Assembly: GCA_964491435.1 (NCBI GenBank)
Contig: CAZBGE010000001.1
Span: 2,164 to 66,163 of the forward strand
Direction: 5' to 3'
From: an uncultured Smithella sp.
GTDB taxonomy: Bacteria; Desulfobacterota; Syntrophia; Syntrophales; Smithellaceae
DNA length: 64,000 bases
In this document: piece after piece, positions 50,389 through 58,827 of the stretch
Numbering within the stretch: the stretch's first letter is position 1
Layout: each line of letters starts with the position of its first letter
The notes under the pieces: generated by a model
What the model was told of the DNA's origin: nothing
The model's input: the letters and a program-made list of their open reading frames with translations, nothing else
The model's database searches: none
Translations under genes and position numbers: made by a program

Positions 50389-52110
50389 ATGCAGATTGCC
50401 CAAATAGAAAATGACCTACGTATTGAAGAACAGCAGTCATGCCCAGGATTGAGCTGGCTTAACGACAGTTATGGCGATGGTCTTGAATTCTGGCGGTCAT
50501 TAAAAAACGCCGCCGACGATTTGTTTCCTGTCAAAACAACGAGCGCTCTTTTTCAGAGATACAATCTTTATTATGATTTCCTTCTGCGTAATTTAAATAG
50601 CCCGGCGCCCGCCTTTATTTTTTATGAAGCAAATTCCGGTTTTAAGAATTTGTCATACAGGGAGCTGCATGAACGGGCGCTGGAGAAGACCGCTCTTTGG
50701 AAGTCGCTGGGAGTTGACGAACAACAAACCGTTTGTGTTATCAGGACAATAGGAGTGGAACTGATTGTCGAACTTGCCGCCGCCTTACAGATTGGCTGCC
50801 GGGTTGTATTTCTGCCTCCTTTGGGAAGAAGTTATCTGCAAAAACGCCTTGCCCTTCTTGGTCCCGCACGCATCAGCTGCGCAAAAATACATTTATCTTT
50901 ATTATCCGACGTTTTTCGAGAAAAAATATTGACGGAAGCGAGTAAAGAGAATAAAATTAATGGCGAAAGAGGCGTTTTTTTTACTTACCTGCCGGGACGC
51001 TCTGTTTATGCGGTTTTTGATCCATGCACAGAGAAGTTGCCGATTGTTAAAGACATAAAAAGTGACGCTGTCTATCTTGGCGCTCTGCGGGATGGACTGA
51101 TTGCTTTAGGTCTGGGGCCGGGAAAGATTTATGCCGCACCGGGCTTTCATTTTTTGGAAACCTGTCCGTGGTTTTTTTTGGCTGGTTTATTATGCGGCGC
51201 AACTTATTTACATTTAACGCCGCAAGACATTAAGGAAAATCCGCAAGTTACTGTCGCAAAGAAAATCAATGTTTTTGGAGTATCCAAGACGGTGCGTGAT
51301 ATTTTGTTGGAAAAGCCGGTAAATGCCGATGGTGTCTGGCAAACGTGGTTCCGCAATCCCGCGGAATCGGCGGATCTGGATCAATGGCATCACTTTTCGC
51401 GCAGTCTCAATCTGTCAAAATCGTATTCTTTTAACATGAGATGGAATGCTGCCGCCGGTGGTTGTCATCTGTTCTCCGTTCGCCGGAAGGGCTCTGCGCA
51501 TACCGGTGTTTTGCCCTCTTCGGGGATGAACTGGCAGTTGGCGGCTTTGAGCGGCACGGGTGAAGAATCTTTATCTGATTTCGGTGTCTTGGCGGTTTTA
51601 CCGCCGGGATCGCCGGCCGGTGATGAAAAAATAACCACGGGTGATATGATTGTCAAAAAAGGCAATGAATGGTTGTTTCTCGGTGTGGAATTTTTAAATA
51701 GAGAAGGACGGTTTTATCCGGCTGATGAAATATTGGACGTTCTGAAAAAGGCCGTCAAGAATGTTTATTTTTCTCTGTCGGCGGTCCCGGCGGCCGAACC
51801 CGCTGGCCATGTCCTGATTTCCCTGCTGGTCTTTTGCGGCAACGAAAAAAAAATTAGCCGGGAGCGTATTTTAAAAAATATTCGGGAAATAATCGCCGAA
51901 GAGATGGGAGATGAATTTCAGCCGGATAAAGTCGAATTATTTTCTTTATATCCCCGATTTACCCAAGATGGGGAAGTGAACCATGAATGGTGCCGTGCCG
52001 GCTATCTGACGACGGATTTGCGGAAAAAGGCAAAGGACGAAGTTTATATGAATATTACTCGCATGAGGAGTTTTTTGATTCAAAAAAGCGTATTGGCAAA
52101 CAAGCAATAG
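50389..52110 (+). CDS. ANL-superfamily (acyl/aryl-CoA synthetase-like) protein with degenerate catalytic motifs
   Basis: 573 aa with ANL-like blocks (LSYRELHERALEKTALWKSLGV, ITTGDMIVKKGNEWLFLGV, and the C-terminal LYPRFTQDGEVNHEW). The SGTTGxPKG P-loop is replaced by TYLPGRS, and the A10 Lys position reads GEV. Confidence 0.6.
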   Translation: MQIAQIENDLRIEEQQSCPGLSWLNDSYGDGLEFWRSLKNAADDLFPVKTTSALFQRYNLYYDFLLRNLNSPAPAFIFYEANSGFKNLSYRELHERALEKTALWKSLGVDEQQTVCVIRTIGVELIVELAAALQIGCRVVFLPPLGRSYLQKRLALLGPARISCAKIHLSLLSDVFREKILTEASKENKINGERGVFFTYLPGRSVYAVFDPCTEKLPIVKDIKSDAVYLGALRDGLIALGLGPGKIYAAPGFHFLETCPWFFLAGLLCGATYLHLTPQDIKENPQVTVAKKINVFGVSKTVRDILLEKPVNADGVWQTWFRNPAESADLDQWHHFSRSLNLSKSYSFNMRWNAAAGGCHLFSVRRKGSAHTGVLPSSGMNWQLAALSGTGEESLSDFGVLAVLPPGSPAGDEKITTGDMIVKKGNEWLFLGVEFLNREGRFYPADEILDVLKKAVKNVYFSLSAVPAAEPAGHVLISLLVFCGNEKKISRERILKNIREIIAEEMGDEFQPDKVELFSLYPRFTQDGEVNHEWCRAGYLTTDLRKKAKDEVYMNITRMRSFLIQKSVLANKQ

Positions 52111-52145
52111 CAACGGAGACAAAAAAATCAAACAAGGAGGATGGT

Positions 52146-52670
52146 ATGGCTATACAAGATGAAATTCCCAAATCACGAATCACTTTAAGGTATAAAACGG
52201 AAGTTCAGGGCAAGCCTGAAGATATTACACTGCCGTTGCGCCTGATGGTTACAGGCGATCTGTCGCAGGGCAGCTCCACGGACCGCAAAGTGGATTTGGA
52301 AGAAAGGCGGATGCGCACGCTGGACGGTACAAATCTCGACGCCGTCATGAAGGATATGGGAATGTCGATGAAATTCGCGGTTTCCAATAAAATCGATCCG
52401 GAAAATGCCGAAGATATGGATGTGGATCTTCCGATTAACGGCATGAAATCGTTTTCACCGGATGAAGTGGCCAAATGCGTTCCTAAATTGAAGGGCATTC
52501 TCCAGGTTAAAAAACTTCTCGAAGAAGTTATCTCCAATGTTGACAACAGAAAAGAATTCCGCAAACTGCTCAACGATTTGATGAGCAATGAAGAAGCGTT
52601 GGGAAAAATGGTCGAACAACTCAAGGGGTATGAAAGCCTGAAACTGCAATTGGGTAAAAAAACTGAATAA
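52146..52670 (+). CDS. tssB: T6SS contractile sheath small subunit TssB
   Basis: 174 aa starting at ATG 52146 with an AAGGAGG RBS. IPKSRITLRYKTEV...LPLRLMVTGDL matches the TssB/VipA N-terminal signature. Confidence 0.88.
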   Translation: MAIQDEIPKSRITLRYKTEVQGKPEDITLPLRLMVTGDLSQGSSTDRKVDLEERRMRTLDGTNLDAVMKDMGMSMKFAVSNKIDPENAEDMDVDLPINGMKSFSPDEVAKCVPKLKGILQVKKLLEEVISNVDNRKEFRKLLNDLMSNEEALGKMVEQLKGYESLKLQLGKKTE

Positions 52671-52687
52671 AGAGGAGGCGATAGAGT

Positions 52688-54199
52688 ATGGGTGACACAC
52701 AACTAGAAAAAACTGAAGTAAAAACCGAAGAACTGGATGTGAAGCGATTTTTGTCCAGTATGCGCTTGAGCACCGATCTAAAAGAACCGACTCCCATGAT
52801 TCAGGAAAATTTACAGGTCGTGAAAGAAAATATAAGCGATGAAGACCGTTTCCTGTCAGGCATGGCGGCGCTTTTGCTGAACGTGGATACATCGGCCAGG
52901 AGGCTGGACAAGGGGAGCATTCAGGAACTGATTTCAAAAATCGACGCGGTTGTCACCGATCAAATCAATGAAATCATTCATCATGAAAAATTTAAAGCAA
53001 TCGAGTCCACCTGGCGTTCCATAAATGACCTTGTCTTGAACACCAATTTTAAGGCTGATATCATGATCGATTTGCTTGATGTGAGCAAGGAAGAGCTTTT
53101 TGAGGATTTTGAAGCCAATGCCGTGGATATTACCGGAAGCGCCCTGTTCAAAAAGTCCTATGTTGCGGAATACGATCAATACGGAGGCAAACCGTTCGGC
53201 TCCATTTTAGGCCTTTATGAATTTGAAAATAACCCCGATGATATTTTCTGGCTGACCACCATGGGAAAAATTGCCGCGGCCAGCCATGCCCCGTTCATCG
53301 GTTCCGCCTCGCCTAAATTCTTCGGTTGCAGCAGCATTGAAGAACTGGCTTCCATCAAAGACCTGGAAGGGCTGATGAATCATCCCAAATATGGCGCGTG
53401 GAATAAATTGCGTGATTCCGAGCAGGCGGCTTATATCGGCTTGACTTTGCCGCGTTACGTGACCCGCCTGCCTTATGATCCGGACACCAACCCCTGCCGG
53501 GAAATTACGTTTCAGGAGAAAGTGGTTGGCAATAATGACAACGACTATGTCTGGGGAAGTTCCTCAATGCTCTTTGCCCAGAATATGGTGCGCTCCTTCG
53601 CTCAGAGCGGCTGGTGTCAGTATTTGCGCGGTCCCAAGGGCGGCGGTTTGATAAGCGGCTTGCCGGTTCATACATTCAATATTCGCGGGGAGGAAGAGAT
53701 AAAAATTCCCATTGAAATGGCGATTCCTGATTATCGGGAACTCGAATTCGCCAATTCCGGTTTTATGCCGATTATTTACCGAAAGGGGACGGCGGACGCC
53801 TGCTTCTTCAGTTGCCAGTCCATTAAAAAGGCCAAGAAGTTCAAAGATGCGAAAGATACGGAAAACGCGCAGTTGGTCACGAACCTTTCCTATACCTTTT
53901 CCATTACGAGGCTTGCGCACTATGTCAAATCCATTATGAGAGACAATATTGGCAGCAGCGCGGATGCCGCTTACATTAAAAACACTCTGGAGAACTGGAT
54001 ATTCCAGTATGTGACGACTGTTGTGGACCCGGATGAAATGACTCTGCGGTATTATCCGTTTAAAGCCGCGTCCGTCACGGTCAACGAGCATCCGGGCATG
54101 ATAGGATGGTATGATTGCAGCATCGCTGTTTTGCCGCACATCCAGTTTGAAGGAATGGATTGCGAATTGAGAATGGATACGCGTCTGGGTGGAGCATAG
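52688..54199 (+). CDS. tssC: T6SS contractile sheath large subunit TssC
   Basis: 503 aa with TssC/VipB blocks: ALFKKSYVAEYDQYGGKPFGSILGLYEF, AAASHAPFIGSASPKFFG, LTLPRYVTRLPY. Confidence 0.9.
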   Translation: MGDTQLEKTEVKTEELDVKRFLSSMRLSTDLKEPTPMIQENLQVVKENISDEDRFLSGMAALLLNVDTSARRLDKGSIQELISKIDAVVTDQINEIIHHEKFKAIESTWRSINDLVLNTNFKADIMIDLLDVSKEELFEDFEANAVDITGSALFKKSYVAEYDQYGGKPFGSILGLYEFENNPDDIFWLTTMGKIAAASHAPFIGSASPKFFGCSSIEELASIKDLEGLMNHPKYGAWNKLRDSEQAAYIGLTLPRYVTRLPYDPDTNPCREITFQEKVVGNNDNDYVWGSSSMLFAQNMVRSFAQSGWCQYLRGPKGGGLISGLPVHTFNIRGEEEIKIPIEMAIPDYRELEFANSGFMPIIYRKGTADACFFSCQSIKKAKKFKDAKDTENAQLVTNLSYTFSITRLAHYVKSIMRDNIGSSADAAYIKNTLENWIFQYVTTVVDPDEMTLRYYPFKAASVTVNEHPGMIGWYDCSIAVLPHIQFEGMDCELRMDTRLGGA

Positions 54200-54254
54200 G
54201 CTAGGCTTTAAGTTTTTTTAAATTTTTCATTAAAAAAGAAAGGGAGGATAGATT

Positions 54255-54830
54255 ATGGCAGAGTTAAATTTTTACTGCAGTGTGTCGCAGGGATTCAATT
54301 TTAAAAAGGACGAACAGATTGTCGTTGGTCATTTGCTGACCTGCAAGATTGGCGATCAGAAGCTCGAGGCGGATATCACGGTAACTGATCCGGAGGACAA
54401 TAAAAAAGATGTGAATGTTGTGGGGGTGATGAGCAATATTTCCTGGGCCGGCGGATACGCGCAGCCGATTATTGTCGATTGCCAGGTTTCCAACAAAAAC
54501 AAGGTTTCCATATACGATCTTACTTTGAAGAGTCTTTCCAACACAAATCTCACGTTTGCTTTTAATGTTTATAATTACGATCCGGCTGACAAGAAATATT
54601 TCAAATGTTTTCACACCGACGGAAAAGACCTGAACTCCCTGGTGCTTAAATCGGGAGGCGATCTCGTAATCAGAATCGGCACTGACGCTTCCAGCGAGGT
54701 AGAATCTCCAAAGAACTTTGCCTTTACTCTGGGCGCCATGCCGCTTGAACAGTCCGCCGAACAGCAGGTCTTTGTGGCAACTTCCGTAAAAAACAAGACG
54801 GTGATGAGGTGGGGCGTACCGATGAAATAG
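54255..54830 (+). CDS. hypothetical protein in the Hcp (tube) position; no recognisable Hcp motifs
   Basis: 191 aa ORF with a GGAGG RBS, immediately after tssC where tssD/hcp normally lies. The sequence (MAELNFYCSVSQGFNFKKDEQ...) does not resemble canonical Hcp N-termini. Confidence 0.5.
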   Translation: MAELNFYCSVSQGFNFKKDEQIVVGHLLTCKIGDQKLEADITVTDPEDNKKDVNVVGVMSNISWAGGYAQPIIVDCQVSNKNKVSIYDLTLKSLSNTNLTFAFNVYNYDPADKKYFKCFHTDGKDLNSLVLKSGGDLVIRIGTDASSEVESPKNFAFTLGAMPLEQSAEQQVFVATSVKNKTVMRWGVPMK

Positions 54831-54880
54831 CAAGCGGTCCGAATCCCGGCTTGTTGATTGTTTGAAATCTTCTTTTAATG

Positions 54881-54920
54881 CCGATTTTTCCTCCCGTTTG
54901 CCAACGGGAGGAAAAATCGG
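54881..54920 (+). terminator. perfect 18-bp stem-loop after the sheath/tube-position genes (internal terminator or attenuator)
   Basis: CCGATTTTTCCTCCCGTT (54881-54898) pairs perfectly with AACGGGAGGAAAAATCGG (54903-54920) around a TGCC loop. AGTACTTTATT follows. Confidence 0.55.
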
Positions 54921-54954
54921 AGTACTTTATTGATGAGAAAATTTGTTAAAAGCA

Positions 54955-56199
54955 ATGAATGAAAATTTAGCAAGAGTTGACTGGAAAATGGGGCAAGCGC
55001 TGTTGCCTGAGCATCTGGTTGCCCAGGAGGAGTCACTGCTGGCCGACGCGAATGCAAAATTCAGGCTGCTGGGGATGCCCTTTTACGGCATTGGCCGCCT
55101 CAAGATAACGGAATCACTGCTGGCGGAAGGAATTTTCGCCGTGCAGGAAATAGCGGCATTGACGATGTCGGCCAAACTGCTTGTTTATCCCGGTAATATC
55201 AAGATCGCTCCTTTCAACTTGAACGCGCCTGGCTCAGCAAAAGTATCGTTGTATTTTCATCTGCTCAACACGCTTGCCGAATCTTCTTTCGAATCGTTGA
55301 CGGAAGCAGGCGGCGCGACAAGCGTGCCCAGGAAATTTTACCAGACGGTTTTATCCGCCGACCAGGATTATCCTGATGTTGCGGAATCGATAAAGATTGC
55401 CGAGTTTCTCAAAAGCCCTGAAGGAATATGGCGAATATCTTCGGATTATGTTCCTCCCCTTTTGCAAATCGGCGCCTCGCCGTTTTTCAAAAACGAACTC
55501 AACGCGCTCAGCGGGTCGCTGGCCAACTTCCAGTATAGCTTATACATGGATTCTCTGTCCTATTTAAGCGGCGACAGCCTGACAACCGTTAAGCAATGTT
55601 TGAAAAGCGTTTATATTGTCCAGCGTCTGCTGGCCAATATTTTTGCCGATGCCCTGCATCCTCATCCGTTTTGCCTGTATGAAGAGTTGCTGAGACTTTA
55701 CACGGAAGTTTGTTTTTACCGCGGAATGGCGCCGGAAAACATCATTGTGGCTTATTCTCACGGTAATCCGGCTGTGATCTACCAAGTGGTTGCTTTTCTC
55801 GAAAAGCAGATTCACATGGTGAAAAATATGCCGCCCTACATCCCGTTTAAATTGACGGACAATGTTTATCAGGCGAACTTGCCCGAAGAAGTCCGGAGAG
55901 CAAGCAGTGTTTATCTGCTGGCGCAAAAGAATCAAGTTACCAGAAAAATTTCATTGACGGATGTAAAGCTTGCCAGCTATTCGCGTTTGTCCTTTGTGCA
56001 CAAGATGGCGCTCAAAGGCATACCGTTTGAAAAAATGGATCATCCTCACTTCCGGCATTCCTTCGGCGCGGAAGTTGAATTTTACCTGATCCGCGAAGGG
56101 GAGGAATGGGATTACTCCCTCAATGAAATGAGTGTTGCTTTTTACGACAGGCCGGAACTGATGGACACAAACTTCTACATTTTTTGGCGTATTGAATAA
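54955..56199 (+). CDS. tssK: T6SS baseplate protein TssK
   Basis: About 414 aa. The N-terminus VDWKMGQALLPEHLVAQEESL matches the TssK signature (V.W.EGM.L.PQHFQQ.D). The ORF track opens at TTG 54943. Confidence 0.75.
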   Translation: MNENLARVDWKMGQALLPEHLVAQEESLLADANAKFRLLGMPFYGIGRLKITESLLAEGIFAVQEIAALTMSAKLLVYPGNIKIAPFNLNAPGSAKVSLYFHLLNTLAESSFESLTEAGGATSVPRKFYQTVLSADQDYPDVAESIKIAEFLKSPEGIWRISSDYVPPLLQIGASPFFKNELNALSGSLANFQYSLYMDSLSYLSGDSLTTVKQCLKSVYIVQRLLANIFADALHPHPFCLYEELLRLYTEVCFYRGMAPENIIVAYSHGNPAVIYQVVAFLEKQIHMVKNMPPYIPFKLTDNVYQANLPEEVRRASSVYLLAQKNQVTRKISLTDVKLASYSRLSFVHKMALKGIPFEKMDHPHFRHSFGAEVEFYLIREGEEWDYSLNEMSVAFYDRPELMDTNFYIFWRIE

Positions 56200-56248
56200 T
56201 ACGCGATCGTATGGGCAATGCATACACACCAGCGGGGAATCTGAGCGC

Positions 56249-56626
56249 ATGACACTCTTTCGCGGAGCATCAACCAGCAGGGCGAATAATGTTAAAGAAG
56301 ATGAATTGCAGAAAATTGTTGCCAATTTAAACAGGGTATTAAACACCAAAAGAGGGTACGGCAGTTTTCTCCATGATTTCGGCATCACGGATCTCAATGA
56401 ATTTACATCGCGCGATATCCTGGTGATCAGAATCATGGAAGAAGTCAAACGCAACATCGAGTTGTACGAGCCGCGGCTGAAACTGGTTAATATCGCCGTC
56501 AAAGATAATAATGAATCGTTTCGCATTTCATTCGACATCAACTGTATATTAAAAGAAACAAAGAAGGCGTTGGTTATGGAATTCAATTCCGTTTATAATA
56601 ATTTCAATATTAAAAATCCGGTTTAG
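56249..56626 (+). CDS. tssE: T6SS baseplate wedge protein TssE (gp25-like)
   Basis: About 125 aa with a GPW/gp25 pattern (IVANLNRVLNTKRGYGSFLHDFG...VKRNIELYEPRL). ATG 56249 is the preferred start. Confidence 0.75.
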   Translation: MTLFRGASTSRANNVKEDELQKIVANLNRVLNTKRGYGSFLHDFGITDLNEFTSRDILVIRIMEEVKRNIELYEPRLKLVNIAVKDNNESFRISFDINCILKETKKALVMEFNSVYNNFNIKNPV

Positions 56627-58255
56627 GTGACGTGGATGTTTGACGACTCTTTGGAACTGCGATTGCAATTAAACATCAATCAGCAGGATTACAAAATACC
56701 GGGCGCCAACATCAAGGCATTCAATATCACGATTTATCCTTATGGTTACACCGCCTCCCTGTCCTTTTGGGTGTCCGCGGAAGTTTCCGAAGACAAGCTG
56801 TTCCCGAATTTTATCAAACCCGGTCAGCTCAAGGTCAGTCTGGAAATCGAATCGCACATTAAGCCCAAAGACGCCAAGCCGGAACCGCTTTGTCTGCAAG
56901 GTTTCGCCACCAGTAAAGCCGTGCTGAAGGAATTAACCATTGGCGAGACAAAAATAAAAGATAATCCTGTCCTTTTTCGTTTATATCGAGTTGATTTCAA
57001 AGATGCGGCAAGCGTTTTCTGGACCCGTCATTTTCCCTTTTCCCTGCTGGTGGATTCCAGTGTCAAAGACCTGATGGATGCGGGTAAGGCAAGCGGTGTG
57101 GAATTGAAGTATGACTGGAAAATACTAGAGGATAAGCATCCGATCAATACCCTGTCTTGCGGTGCGATGGATAACCCGGTGAGTTTTTACGATTTTATTA
57201 TTTGGTTTGCTTCCTATTACAATGGCGCTTTTATTTATGACACCAAGAAAAATCAATATACGCTGGCGGAGAAAAAGTCCCAGGAGGGCAGTCCGGTGAC
57301 GTTAAGCGGTCTGGAGATTGAAGATTACAGCATTGAGTTTCCGGAAGCTAAATTATCCAATGTCAGGGCATATAATGTGGTCGCCGAAGGCAGTGCCAAA
57401 AAAGAAGGAAAGCAGGAAAACGCGGTTGATGGCCTCTGGCGGGATATGTTAGTCCGCCAGCCGATAGCGGCGGATTTTGACAAGCTTTTTGAACTTGCGT
57501 CTAATAAAAACAAAGACAAGGGCCATAGTCTTTATCTTCGTCATAAGCGGTTTCCGCTGATCACTTTTCGTCCCGATGTTTTTCTGACGATAGAAGGGGG
57601 GCTTTGGAGCGCCAAGAACTTTTTGAAAGGTAAAAAATACCGCATTTGCGACATGGTTATCACAGGCAGGGCGCTGGATGAAGGGCCGGAGGCCGATCAC
57701 AATCTGGACTATACCGGCTACCGTGTTGAGATGACATCCAGGTTGGAGCTCCAGGACGAAGCCGCGCCGAATCTGCCGTCTTTTAAAAATCCGGTTTACC
57801 CGGTTTCCGTTGAGGGAACGATTCTCAGCGAGCAGGGCAAGGACGAGGAAGAAACCTATCAGATTTACACGGACAATAACACCAAGTTGGATTTTCTGAA
57901 GATCAAAATACCGGCCTTTGAAAATAAGATAGTCGTTGTTCCGTTTGAACCGCTGTTTGCCCCAGGACATTTTTATTTTACGCCTTACAAGAAGGAAAAA
58001 GTGCTTGTCGAACTTTATTTTCATGAGGCGCGGATTTCACGTTTTCTGGACTGGCGCGCCGACGCCCGTTTGCCCATGGATACCCAGGGCAACCATGTTC
58101 TGATGGGAAAGGGGAAGGACAGCAAGACATCATTGGATCATGTCTATGCCGACGATAAACCGAAATTCACGATTACCCGCACATCGCAAAAAGATACGGA
58201 GATGATCCAGATGAATGAGGGGAGCATCATTTTGCAGACAAAGGAAGAAAGTTAA
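56627..58255 (+). CDS. vgrG: T6SS spike protein, VgrG-like (gp27 / gp5-OB part only)
   Basis: 542 aa. The C-terminal block GHFYFTPYKKEKVLVELYFHEARISRFLDW resembles the gp5 OB-fold motif (G.YF.P..G.EV.V.F..GDPD.P.I). It lacks a long beta-helix tail. GTG 56627 or ATG 56636. Confidence 0.65.
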   Translation: MTWMFDDSLELRLQLNINQQDYKIPGANIKAFNITIYPYGYTASLSFWVSAEVSEDKLFPNFIKPGQLKVSLEIESHIKPKDAKPEPLCLQGFATSKAVLKELTIGETKIKDNPVLFRLYRVDFKDAASVFWTRHFPFSLLVDSSVKDLMDAGKASGVELKYDWKILEDKHPINTLSCGAMDNPVSFYDFIIWFASYYNGAFIYDTKKNQYTLAEKKSQEGSPVTLSGLEIEDYSIEFPEAKLSNVRAYNVVAEGSAKKEGKQENAVDGLWRDMLVRQPIAADFDKLFELASNKNKDKGHSLYLRHKRFPLITFRPDVFLTIEGGLWSAKNFLKGKKYRICDMVITGRALDEGPEADHNLDYTGYRVEMTSRLELQDEAAPNLPSFKNPVYPVSVEGTILSEQGKDEEETYQIYTDNNTKLDFLKIKIPAFENKIVVVPFEPLFAPGHFYFTPYKKEKVLVELYFHEARISRFLDWRADARLPMDTQGNHVLMGKGKDSKTSLDHVYADDKPKFTITRTSQKDTEMIQMNEGSIILQTKEES

Positions 58256-58285
58256 TAAATCATTGATTAAATTTGGCTGGAAATC

Positions 58286-58804
58286 ATGGGAACTTTAGTT
58301 TGCCGCGTAGAACTGGACAAAAGCAAGGGAATTATTCTGACTGTTGAAAACAGCTCGGATAAAATAACCCAGACCGTCACGATGGATGGTAAGAAAATTG
58401 AAACCATTGTCAAGGGTGACAATACCAGCACAATCACGCAGACAAAGGACGGAATCACTATCGATTGTAAATCATTTACTTTAAACGCGGAAACCGTCAA
58501 GTGTGTATCTTCCAAGACAACCAGCCATGAAAGCAGCGAGGATTTCACGATTACGAGCAAAAAGAACTTGAATCTTTCCGCGCAAAGCGACGCCGCGCTG
58601 CAAGGCGCAAACGTCACCGCCGACGCCAAATCGGCCGCGAAGGTGAACGGAATGACATTGGCGCTTTCCGGTAAGACCAGCGCGGAAATGAAAGCCGCCA
58701 GCGTTAAGGTTGACGCGCAAGGGACGCTTGATTTGAATTCCAGCGGAATAATCAACATAAAAGGCTCCATGGTTAATGTTAAAAACATGATTATGATGGG
58801 ATAA
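58286..58804 (+). CDS. beta-helical spike-needle-like protein (gp5 C-terminal / VgrG C-terminal repeat-like)
   Basis: 172 aa, Ser/Thr/Lys/Ala-rich. It shows the short alternating beta-strand periodicity typical of VgrG/gp5 needles (ITIDCKSFTLNAETVKC..., MTLALSGKTSAEMKAASVKVDAQGTLDLNSSGIINIKGSMVNV). No PAAR motif. Confidence 0.45.
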   Translation: MGTLVCRVELDKSKGIILTVENSSDKITQTVTMDGKKIETIVKGDNTSTITQTKDGITIDCKSFTLNAETVKCVSSKTTSHESSEDFTITSKKNLNLSAQSDAALQGANVTADAKSAAKVNGMTLALSGKTSAEMKAASVKVDAQGTLDLNSSGIINIKGSMVNVKNMIMMG

Positions 58805-58827
58805 GACGCGGAGAAGGTCAGTCAGAG

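Noticed and set aside
52100-52125. Possible sigma-54 promoter (TGGCAAACAAGCAAT) upstream of tssB
   Set aside because: The GG-to-GC spacing is three nucleotides too short for a -24/-12 element, so the resemblance is probably coincidental.
51987-52145. N-terminal extension of tssB given in the ORF track, overlapping the 3' end of the ANL-like gene
   Set aside because: ATG 52146 has a perfect AAGGAGG RBS and begins the conserved TssB N-terminus. The upstream extension overlaps the preceding gene by 124 nt.
58286-58804. Possible PAAR-domain spike tip
   Set aside because: It has no PAAR/PAAR-like motifs and few Cys or His residues. The repetitive beta-strand pattern fits a gp5/VgrG-type beta-helix better.
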